From assembly GCA_022703585.1 (NCBI GenBank), contig JAKLDJ010000001.1, positions 182,891 through 246,890 on the forward strand: a stretch of DNA of 64,000 bases, read 5' to 3'. The position numbers were made by a program, and so were the translations under genes. This stretch comes from Candidatus Omnitrophota bacterium. Its GTDB lineage: Bacteria > Omnitrophota > Gorgyraeia > Zapsychrales > JAKLDJ01. Below the pieces are notes generated by a model. It was not told the origin of the DNA. It did not search any database and worked only from the letters and a program-made list of their open reading frames with translations. How positions within the stretch are numbered: position 1 is the stretch's first letter; every line of letters begins with the position of its first letter. Positions 27,701 through 39,700 of this stretch are shown here, piece by piece.

Positions 27701-30700
27701 TCTGCGTCAGAAATTCTCCGCAAAATCGCAAAATAAACGGCATTATGCAGACCATGCAGAATAAACGGCACAACAAAAACCCCTGTCTTCCAGTAGGCAT
27801 AGCCCCAGAGAATCCCCATCCCGATCCTGAAGATGCTGAACCGGTTATCGCTGTGAATCAAGGCAAACGCCACGCTGCTAACCAAAAGAGCGATGGATGT
27901 CGATACAGGCATACCCGCGACGATTGAGATCAGACCGCAATAATTCAAAAGCGCCTGGAGACCCATAAATAAGCCGGCCCGGAATATTAATTCTTCGACC
28001 AGCGGTATCTCAATCGCGATGGTGGTATAGGTTTTTAAAGGTTCCCCATAAATAATAGGGTGCCGGCTATCACGTCTTGAGGAATCTTTTAAATACCGCT
28101 TGGCAGACAGAACAAAGAAGAAGAATACCGGAGCACACAACAGGGCAACCATTTTAAGAGTGTAGAGCAGCGCCGGGATTATTTCCCGCCGGTCATGATA
28201 GGTCAACGCCAGGGCGATCGCCGCCGGGATAATATTGGCGACCAAAATTCCTGCCCAGCGCCAAAGCTTGTCGTCTTTCTCCTTTTGCCCATTAGTCTCT
28301 TCCTGCACCATCCCCACCAGCCCCGTTAGAAATGTTGAGGGCAATAAGAAAGTTGTTAAAATTTCTAACGGGGCCAGCGGCACAAACAAAAGCGGCCACA
28401 GAGCGAAGGGCGTAAGACAGCCGAGATTACCTTCTCGTGGCGACGCGTCGTCGCGGTATTTCACCTTTTCGATAACGATCATCATATTGCTGTCGGGAAG
28501 TGCGACCTCGCGTCCTTCTGAATCAAGGAGCCTGGCTTTGCCTTTTAAGTTGTCAATATACCCTTGCTGCAAATACGATTCTTCGTCTTTAGCTAACGGC
28601 AGAGATCTAACCACCATGCCTTCTTCTTGGGCAATCGCGGTGATCAAATCAATGTAACCCTGACGGGTCAAAACACCGTATTGCTCGCGCACTTCATAGG
28701 GTAAGCTGCTTGGGTCAAATTCGGGACGATAGGCCCAAGTCAATGTAAAGAGAAACTCCATCGCGTCTTTCCGTAACATGCGAATACGCCATATCTCCTG
28801 AGCGGTATCTTCAGAAACTATTTCATAGGCATCCGATAAATTCCGGCCTTGGAAATTATTCACAAAGAAATCAAAGACTTCCTTATTTTGCCTGCCTGTC
28901 AACTCAAGGATTTGCATTGCCTCGCCATCAGGCGGAATGGCGCCGTCGCGGATAAGAAGCCTGCCGCCAACGCCTAAAACCTGCAAGGCTGCCCTAAAAA
29001 GATCTCTGATCGATTCGATATTAAAACGCCGGCCGTCTTTTTCGGTATAGCTGTAGACTTCATGCAAGAGCGCGCAAAGAACAACCGTGTGGGCCATTGT
29101 TTCTCCGGCAGAGGCTAAGGCCGCTTTTAAATCGTTGGCGTTGGCTTTGATAACTCTCGCGGAGAGATTCTTTGCTTTTATTTTATGATCAAGTGCCTGC
29201 ACAGCCTCCTCGGAAACTTCAACGGCCAAGATCCTCTCAATGCCGTTGACCTGCTTAAATATTTCGGCGATCTCAAGCGTTGTGCCTTCACCGGGCCCGA
29301 TATCCACCCAGACGGGCCCACGGCCGTGCCTAAGAAGTCTGGCCTTGTCGCTTCGGGCAGCGGCCATTCCTTTTAAATAAAGCGCCTCATTGCTGACGCG
29401 GTCAAAGTTATCTTTACGGATGCCGTAGGCATCAAGAAGCATCTTAAGAACCTCGTGGAAGCGCAATGAATTGCTCACCTCATAGATATGAAGAAGTTCC
29501 AGCAAGTGGTTTGCTTCTTCGCTAAACCTGAAATCAAACGATATCGACTCCACGCCGGGGATGCCCAGATCGGCCGTTCCCAAAACAGGCTTTTCGCCGT
29601 CATGATGATCCGTCTTGTCAAATACTGAGACCGTCTCAGAATTAACGATCAGTTCTTCAAGGTCAACCCTGTCAAGCAATGCCTCCAGAATGCGAACCTT
29701 ATACGGGTCAAACTGATGCCGACCGCAAGAAAGCTGGCGCATAAGATCAAAGAAGCTGATATGAAACGGCCTTGTCATATCAATACCTTTTCTTTGGGCA
29801 AAGGCAAACGCCAAGGCAAGCACTTTAATTTGAGGCTCTGCCCTTAAATCGAATGTCGCACTTTCAACGTACCAGCCCTGGAAGTGCCTTAAGTCTTCGA
29901 TGAGAATCCGAATCGCCTCCGACGAAAGATTGTCAATCACGCGCTCTAATTCTTCTTTCGGCTCGCCTAACTCTCTTCTTTCCTGACGGAAGCGTCCCAG
30001 CCGGTCTTTTAGATACGCCCGCCGGGATTCTTCGGTTGCAAAGTTATCCCAACGCGCACGATAAACATCATCCCAGGAAACAGGGAATGTTTCGCCTTCG
30101 GGCGTAATAACACGGCAGAAATTATTAAAGAATCCGCGCATCTCCTCATTAAGCCGCGAGGTAAATAATCCTTCGCGAATACTCGATACATCCAAAACAT
30201 TTAACAGGTAAACAATATCGCCGACTCTTCGTGCAGCCAAGAGGGCATCATCCTGAGCGCCAACAGCCTCGGCAAGCTCTCCAAAATGCTCACGGATCCA
30301 ACCCGTGAAGTCTTCAAAAACATCGTAGGAGACTTCCCCTCTGACCCACTGCCCGGCAAAACCTCGGGTTTCGATAACGCGATAGAAGAATTCATTTAAT
30401 ACCATTCGGTGCGGATACGCCCTTAAAAGTTCAATATTCTCAAAAAGGCCTCTGTGCCAGCTTAAGGATGCCATATTACGCAAAATGAGCGCCGCTGCCT
30501 TATTAGGCAGACGAAAATCAATGCCCTCAATCTGCGCCCACTCTCGAAGCAACTCCGGCAGCGCACTTTTAGCCACATCATGATAGAGAAAAGCAATGCG
30601 TATGTAGGAAAGGATATCAAGTTTCTCGAGGGTGGCCACCACGTCCGCAAGATACTCAAATTCTCTGTTGGAGATACCCGGCTCGTCCTGAAAGAGTTTT

Positions 30701-33700
30701 AGATCTCCTCTTTCCAACCCCAGCAGTTTTCGAGCAAAGCCCCGTTCAAGGATATGCTTAACTAGAGATCTATTTCTTCGCGGCTGAACCGGCACCGGCG
30801 TGGCATCAAAGTTCATCGAGCCGGGCGCCTGGAACAAATATCCGTGAATCTCCGGAAAAAGCCGTTGTATCTCATTTTCTGCGGCAGTCTCGCGCGCACC
30901 CAAAAGTGGTTGGAATTCATTTACTAATGCTTGTGTATCGGTATAAATCCTTTGTTCGATGCGGTCTTTGTGGACAACAACAGCGGTCTTGATCGCCCCG
31001 GGTTTGGGACGGATCCGGTAGACTTGAAGGGTATGCCAATACGGCTCTTCGTCGACCCGTGCGTCAGCCTTGAACCTTAAGCCGCCTTCTTGAATCAACC
31101 AGTCTTTCCATTCCTGCGTAACCGACCCTATTTTTAGCGGCACCTCGAACGGCTCGCCTAATTTCTCGACGATAAGCCGGTCCCCGAATTCTTCAAGATA
31201 CCTTTCGAAATCTTTCTTCCCCAAACTGCTAACGTTCATAACAATACAGGCATCCGGATTATGCGGATTAAGATGGTCGACGCCGATTTCCAGTACCTCG
31301 CGGATAAAACCTGTTCCCCGATAAGGGTCTTTTTCATCCGTTTTCATGAAAGGCGGCAAGCTAATATAAGGCGGATTGATGATCATAATATCATACGCTA
31401 TATCAAGGCCCCGTATCCCTTTGCCCCAATAGGAATGAAGCTTAATAGAATTCCTGGGGCCCCGGTATGCCTTAACCGCCAGCACGGACGCTCTTAGGGC
31501 ATAAATACTGATATCGCTAAATCCGACGTGTTTGACGCCCGGGAATCTTGACAATATCGTCGCAGTAACCTTTCCGCCGCCGACTCCTCCTTCAAAGATG
31601 GATTTAATACTCGCCTTGTGCAGAATACCGGCTTCATCCATGCGCTTGATCAACAAAACCGTATCAATATTGGTCGTCCACACATCCCTGTCGATGCTCA
31701 AATCCCAGGAAACAATGACTCCCCGATAATGGGTATAGCGTCTGTTTTGTTTTAATAAGGCATTGAGCGCTTCTCTTGTTTCACCGGCAAGATGATGGTC
31801 AATAAATCTTTGCGGAGTAATAAGCCGGCAGTTGGGGATAGTGGCGACGGGCTTGTCTTCTAAAACCACGGCCTCATAATCGACGCTGCCGTCCTCTCTA
31901 AATACCTTTGAATCATCCAGAACACGGTAATAACTTATATCAAAATCACCTCTCTCATTATCCTGAATATCGATAAACAAAGATAACGGGTTGGTGCGAT
32001 CGGCAGGCAAAACAATCGATAGTTCCTGCGTCGGCCCTTCGGCAACAGCAACTTTCTTATTTTCATTCTGAACAACATTCGGGACAGTCAATAACTCGAT
32101 TACTTTAGAAAAATCGTTCCAGCCGCGCAAAAGATAATCGGCTCCGTTTTGGATCAATACGCTGCGGTTATACTCAAATTCTTTGCCTTCGCCTTGCGGC
32201 AGGCCAAAGGCAATACCGCCTAATTCATTAACAACGCTTAGCCCCCCAATCCAGTCATTGAAATAAACAAAGGTATGGTACGGGAATTGTATCTTGAGCT
32301 CCCGATAAACCTTTTCGCGCGAGATAGACGTATCAAGATTTTCCTCGGCATCTTTTTTGCCGACAACATGATTAACGGAGATATATTTGGTAAACCCGCG
32401 CCGGCGCAGTTGTTTGACGGCAAGCGCCGTCGGACTGCCGGTTATAACGACCATGGGAATATTGCGTTCGAAAAGCTCTTTAACAAATTCTAAGGCACCA
32501 GGCATGGCCTCGGGGACATTCTGGCGCAGCATATTGCGCTGATGCTCAAGCTCCCAGACGACTTCCTTTTCCGGCCTGCCGCAAATCTCGGCGATACGCC
32601 GGATGATCTCTTTTTCGTCGACATGGACCGCGTTGGCCTCAACCCAGGCAAGGCCGTCAGAATTACCGGTCAAACTATTGTAGGTGTAGGCATATTCGTG
32701 TTTCCATGTCGGCATAAAAAGCGTGCCGTGCATGTCAAGAACAGCCATAACAGGCCTATCCTGCGGAATGATTTTTTGTTTATCGGGATGGATGATTTCT
32801 ATATCCGTCCCGGGGATAAATCGCCTTACAGACAAGTCTTCTCTTTTGTCCACGCCATCGTTGTTGACGGCTCCTGCCAGCGACATAAACATCAAGGGTC
32901 CCAGGGCGAAAGGCAACACGAGACAGCCAATCGCTACAGCATCATCCTTAACTAAAACTCCTTTAAAGCCGTTGGAGAAATAGCGCACCTTTTGTTTACT
33001 GACCTTAAATACAAATGTCTCGACCGTGCCGTCTTTTTTCCGAGCCTGGATAGAGTGTTCTTGCCATTCCAACGAAGGAACGCTGCCTTCCATAATTCCG
33101 GGGATAGAGGCAACCGTCACACCCTCTTCTCTTAACTGGATACGAAGATGGGAAATCCTGGTAACTCTCCAGGAATCGATACGGACAGGCACCGCATTGC
33201 TAAAGTCGCTCGGGCAACGGGTGGCGATCAAGGCATCGTCAAAGGTTAATCCGACATGTTCCAAGATTTTGTGAATATACAAGTCGGTTTCGTCCAGAGA
33301 TCTGGCATTGATCTCTCCGATGATGTACCCGGCAAAACCGCCCCCGGCGGTTTTGCCGAGCGACACCGGCACCTTCACGATAATATCTTCCGGGGCGAAC
33401 TCGGGAAGCCTTTCGATATCGGGCGCATTTTCACCCGTAATAGGCCTTGCCTGGACGATAAAAAGGTCTTCGCCCTTAAAGGCAAACTCCACATCCACCG
33501 GAAATCCTAATGCATCCTCTAATCCCATGACAACATCCCGGAGCCTCTTGATTTCTCCCTGAGTCAAAGGAGAATCTTTCATTCGGCCGTCACGAGTTTC
33601 TACGGACGCTTTCCGGGAATGCCATAAGTCCTTAACAAAGCTTTCCATATCAGCGCGTTCCTGGCCGGAAGAAAGGCTAAGCTGTATCCCGTCCCATACG

Positions 33701-36700
33701 GCACCTTTAGGCTCGCCGGAGAATCCGTAATAAACCTCCAGGATATCACCGGTTGTGGCGTCAAGATCGATGATGGTGCTATAGTTACCGGCGACGGCCA
33801 TCATGCCTTCTCCGATCACGGTTTCGATGGTGGTGTATCCGGCCAGATGTGAAAAGGCAACTCCTGATTTTTCCGCGAAGATGTAATCCTGCAGGAAGGG
33901 ATGACGGTTACGCCTTGCTTCCATCTGAGCAACTCGACTCCCGAGTTTTGGTTCCGGACCAAATTCATGATCCATAGCCAAATCGGCCAAATCCTTGAAG
34001 CGATCCGTGAGCGAACTTACGAACCTGCCGGCATAACTTTTCTCAAAACTGTCTTCGCCAGGCTCAGAAGAACGCCATATGCGGCTTTGGGAAAGCCCGG
34101 ATACTTTCTTGAGCCAGCGGCCCTTTTCTTGCGCCGACAGCATCCTTAAAAATAAGAATTGGTCTATCAGCCAATCAAAATGATATCTGGAATCATGCCA
34201 CATGCGTTCATACAGCGACGGGGATATGTTGCCATTATATTTTAATAACCGAGTGATAAAAGGCGCGTTTCTTAAATCCAGGAATAACTCAGTCCACTCG
34301 TCTTCGGGGGCGTATTCAATAAACGGTTTAAACACGCTTTCAAAGAGCTGTCGAATCCTCTGCCTAAAATCATTTTCATCGGAGGCGTTTAAGTAAAGCT
34401 GCCTTAAGTAAAAAGAGCGACTGAATTTTCGGCTCTCTTCATCCGCCGGCAGAGCGGCTGCATCGCCTTGCGTATAAAGCCTCACCTCAATCGAGCCCCC
34501 TTCAGATGCCACGCGGATATACGGGCCCGGAATCTTGAAGATAGCTTCTTCAATCTTAACCTTGGCATATATGACACCGCTATGCGCATAGCGGTAGGCC
34601 AGGTCTTTAAGGTATTCGTTTTCAAAAATAACATAGGGAGGAATTTTAAAGCCCAGTTGCCGTGCCAGGCCCAGCTCATCCAAAATTATCAGCCAGGCCG
34701 CCTTGCCGCCATGCACCGGCATCAATTCCTGGAATCTTTCCCGAGACGATTTGCGATTGCTCTGGAGGACCCCCAACAGCGGCAGGATGAAGAAAAACAT
34801 ATCCGGAATAATAAAGGCGTGAAGTTTTGTCGCCGTCAACTCAAAGCAATCCACCATCCCTTCCCGAAGAATGCTGTTTTGAAGCAGCCACTTTAGAGCC
34901 TCAACACCGGTCAGCCGCCATGTGCGCGGATCCTGGAAAGAAATCCGGAACTGCCCGAAGCCGGCCTGGCCCCGTAAATACCCCATCAATGTCCCGGCAA
35001 TAACCTCTTCAAGGGATACTTCACCGGTTCCGCTGACCTTTTCAACAACACGATAATGATCGCTGCGCCGGTGCACGTTTCCGTCGATATCGCTCACGTA
35101 ATAATCCTGATATAATGTTTTCCTCGTTTTCAGATTGGCAATCTGCCTGAACGACTTAAGTGTGATACCGACAGGCAACACGTCTTTTAAAATCCTGTAG
35201 AACTGAAGACCCAGCCTTTGGCCGGAGAGATGAATCACGACATTCGGGCTAAAGGAAACATAATCCAGATTAATAACGATCGATAATACGTCCCCTGTGC
35301 CGTCTTTCCCGGGGGACTTGATCAGTTTCACAATCGGCTTGGCGGATACCAAATGGTCGCTTTCTCTTTCCAGGAACACTTCAACGGCATCCGGCTTATA
35401 ATCCGGTATGTGTGCCCTCAAGCTGTAGCATGAATGATCTTTCGCCGTCATTTCTTTTCCGCTCAGCGCGCGCGCGATATCGGAGAGCACAATCATGGGG
35501 AGGCTATGAGAGCAATCGCCCTGCCGCAGTCCGGCGGGGTCAGGGGCCAATGCGCCCTCATTGATTCCTTCGGGGCGCATTGGCCCCACAGCGTTTTCCT
35601 CAAAAAGCGGATTTAAAACGACAAAAAGCGTCGTGGTTACCGTTTCGCCTTCCCTTAAATACTCAAGATGCACTTGGGTTTTTTCCATCAGTCGACCCAA
35701 GCCCTGCATGCCACAGCCTTTATTACGATAATCACTTCCCCACCTTCTCCGGCCGCCTGTATCTGCCAGGTAAACAAGGCCCTGCCTAAGGCCTCGTTGG
35801 TTTTTCTGGAGCATGCCCCAGCATTCTTTGCTGGCCAATCCATTTTGTCGGAGTATAACCTGTAAAATATATTCCATCGCCCCGCTTTCCGTTGTTCTTA
35901 AATAAATCCCCATCGCGCGATATCCAATAACACCACCCCGGCTGTGATATCCGGCATTATCTTCCAGCCCTGAAATCGCATACACCAGAGGACTCTTATT
36001 CACGGTTCTTCCGATTTCGCCCTCAAGAATTTGAATAATATCGTAATCCCGATAAATACCGTTGATGGCCAGTTCTTTCGGCCCAAAAACTCTTTCTCCT
36101 GACCCGCGCGCCTCTATTCCGCCTTCCATATTGGTAAAAACAATTCGTTCGCTGTCATCAAAAACCATGCCGGCAATCGCCGCCAGGGGAGCCAACGTTA
36201 AGAAAACAAGGCAGGAAACATCTTCACCGTCATTTGAATCGCGCTTCAGGGACGTATCCAAAAGATCAACATGAGCAGCCGGCTCACCGATAGCTTTGGT
36301 CGCCCGTTCAATCTCCTTAAGGCAAACGCCTTGGAATAAGGTTACACAATCGGCAACAAATTCCTGCACGGCCGTCTTCCACCGGTCAAGCTCGCCTTGC
36401 CCAAGACGCGCAGCCTCCAGCAGGGAGAAAAGCTCTCTTTCGACAGCATAAGCTTCTTGAGCCTGCCCTGTTGCTCTTAAAGCAGTCATCATCCTTGATG
36501 CTATGAAAATGCTATCGCAAAGATTTCTTTTGCGTGCCTTGACGTTAATCTCTTTTTGGGAAACATACCCTATTTCCCTATGCGCCGACTGTGCCGCCTC
36601 TCGGATTTGTTCAACAGTAAAGAAGCTCATGTCCGCAACAAAACACTTAAATTCTTCTTTATCCGTCGTAAGCTGCCAAGCTACGGCATCGGCAATAACT

Positions 36701-39700
36701 TCACCAAATACCCTTCCCATCATTTCAAAAGGAAAGAAACTGCGTGGGTCAACTTCATAGGACCGCTCGGGAATATAAAGCCCGCTGATATATTGACTGC
36801 CACATGGAGCATTATAGAGACGTTTGGATAGAATCTCTTTTTCAGCTCTTTCGCTATATTCGATCGTTTCAGGAAATTCATGAAAGACAGCGCCATGGCC
36901 CAGTTCATGACGCGCCACCACCTTTAAGCCAAGAAGAATTCTATCAGCCGTATATGTCAATGCACCCGTAAAAAGTGAAAGGCCGTATTGGCGGTCATTC
37001 TCACAACGCCCCCTGACATGAAACATCATTGGGGTGATGGCATGAACGCCTTCTGCCATTCCTGCTTTAACATGTAAAAATTGGACCTTGATGCCAAAAT
37101 GTTCCTCAAATCGCTTGATTTCTTCGCTAAGAACAGTAACGGCGCGGACAAGTTTTTCAAGAGTCCAGCCATTTTGTTTTCCTTCATCCAAGACACGCAT
37201 CAATTCTTGTTCAACGAATTCAAAATGTCTGCGCATCAGCCCCTGCAGACCAAGCTTTTCTTCAAATTGCAAATTATCGTAACCATGCACGAGAAGCGGA
37301 CAGGAAAGAATAATCTTCTGGATGGGATTTGGATTGGCTTTAGCCGCCTCCAGAATTTCATCCCGCCTTTTGCATTCCGTCTTCGCATAGAGAGCGATCT
37401 CAAGCCATACCTCCAGCATCCCCGGAAAGGCCATCTGACCAAAACCCGTCAGGCGATTGATCTCCGCGCTTGACCGCGACCAGTAGTCACCGGTTAAAAC
37501 TCTCTGCGTAATAAATCGCTCAAAACCGGAGCCAGAGCCCAGCAAACCTTTGTATCGCCCTTCAAGGATCTCCGTGCGAAGGGCATCAATAGCTTTTTGG
37601 CTGCCTTTATATTTTTTCTTAGCGGCGCTGGCTTTTGCCAAAAATTCAGAAAACCCGGACTGCGCATCTTTAAAGCTCGCAACAATCTCTGCGGAATAGT
37701 CAACATCGTCTTCTTGTTGGTCCACGGCACCCAAAGATAACAAAGGTAAAATGGGCAGACCCAAAAGCGGAAAAACAAAACAGGAAACATCTTCGCCTCC
37801 TGATTTCTTCTTCGTAGAACGAGTGCCGGAATTCTTATATTTTTTACCTTTGTATCGCTCCTCACACTCTCTGCGATGGGCCTCCTGCGCAAGAATACGC
37901 TGGCGTTCCTGAGGAGGAAAGAGATGCCGGGTGCGGCTATCCAACGCCAGATAATACCTTGCTTTTGCTTCTATTTGGCGCACGCGTTCCCGCGTTAGTT
38001 CAAAGCGTTGCCCCGCCTCTTCAAGCGGTATCGCATCCTCGTAAGTCTCATCAAAACGGCCACCCTCCACCCCCCAGCGAATAGAGATCAGCTCAATATC
38101 GCGCTCGGGCATGCCGTGCTCGAAAAGAACCTGTCTGACCAAGACAACCAGTTTAGGCCCATCCAATTCAAAATCGCGCTGCGCGACAAGCTCCAGGTCG
38201 TTCTCGTCGGCAAACGGCAACGGCTCCATGTCTTCGTCTTCCCAGTGAAAATCAAGCCGTATCAAAGGATCTGACGAAGCCATAACTCTATGCATATCCT
38301 TAAGCTTTATGCCCAGACGCTCGGCTACCTCTTCATCGCGGACAGACCGTTGTCTTTCTTTTTCTAAAGCGGCCCGCGCTTTCCTTATTTTATTTGCCGT
38401 TTCAGCCCGATTGATGGGGATACGTACGGTTCGGCTTTCATTCCCAAGGCAGCGCTGGATCGCCTGGCGTACCCACCAGGCGGCGTAGGTCAAAAATCCT
38501 TCGCGCGCCGGATTCCAGCGCTCTGCCGCGGTGCGCAGGCCCATATTCCCTTCGTTGATCAAATCAAGAAATGTAAGCGGGGAATATTCGCTCAGATACT
38601 GGGCGTATCGTTTTGCAATGGAAACAACAAAACGCAAATTTGCTTCTATCAGATATTGCTTGGCGATCGGGTTGCCGCGCTGTATCTCGCGGCCCAGCGC
38701 TCGCTGCACACGATTAGACAAAAGGCGGAACTGTTTGATGTCGTTTAAGTACGCGGCAATGGCGTCGTCCGGTGCGCGCCGAGATGTCGACGGGGAGTCA
38801 CGGCGCATCGCAAAGGGCGCGATCGCGTCCGCTGTCACCTGCCAGTAATGAACAAGCAGCTGGTGTGTCACACGATAACGGTCCTGGTGCGGTATTTTTT
38901 CCAGAATTCCGCGCGCCACAAGCACACGCAGGCCGTCGCGGATAGTAGCACGTTGCAACCGGTAAAGGACTGTGTACCTTTTACCTCTATATCTTAATCT
39001 CTTTGGAAGGTTCCTTTGTGACGACGGGTACAGAGGGGTTCGCTCTTTCAGCATCTTCGAAGGCGGGGTAAAAACCCAGAGAGTGCGGTGCTCGTCGATA
39101 ACGACACGCGAAAGCGCAACTCTACCTTTAAACGCAACGTACCGGCGTAGCGCATCAAGGTAAGTATCAAAATCAAATTCCTGCCGCTCCATCAGCGAAT
39201 CCTCTTTATCGTCTTTTCCGCGCCAGCGCAGGACTTTTTCTGCCGTCCGAAGCGTACCAAAAGCAAAGTCCCGGCTGTCATGCTGCGCCACCGCCGCCTT
39301 ACTCTCCGAAAGTCCGGGCTTTGACGAGTCTGGGCTTTGTCGAGATTTCCCCGCACGCGCGCGACGGGCCTTCGGCTGAGGTTCATCAGCCGGGTTCGTT
39401 TCGACTTTCTCCTCGGGCAAAACCGGAGCCGTCATTGCCGCAGCAGCCGAATCCTCTTCGCGATTGCCTGCGGCCGCTAAAAGCACGCCCACAAGAATCG
39501 CCATCACCTCTAGCGGGCTGGGTTCGAATGTACGCGGGAACTGTGCATTAAATTCTTTAGCGCGATCCGGCGATGTTAAATTCACTCTAAAACGCAATCC
39601 GTCTTTGCTGTATATCTCGGCACCGTCTTTATCTTTAATAAAAATAACCTGCGCCGGCTTGCCGTCTTTTATCATGACCACAACCTCGGCGCCGCGGAAT

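Noticed and set aside
28321-28373. The palindromic 53-bp element as a rho-independent terminator or intergenic REP-like element
   Set aside because: It lies inside a continuous coding frame (translation verified on both sides) and has no U-tract. It is therefore not a terminator at a gene end, though an RNA or DNA structural role within the coding sequence remains possible.
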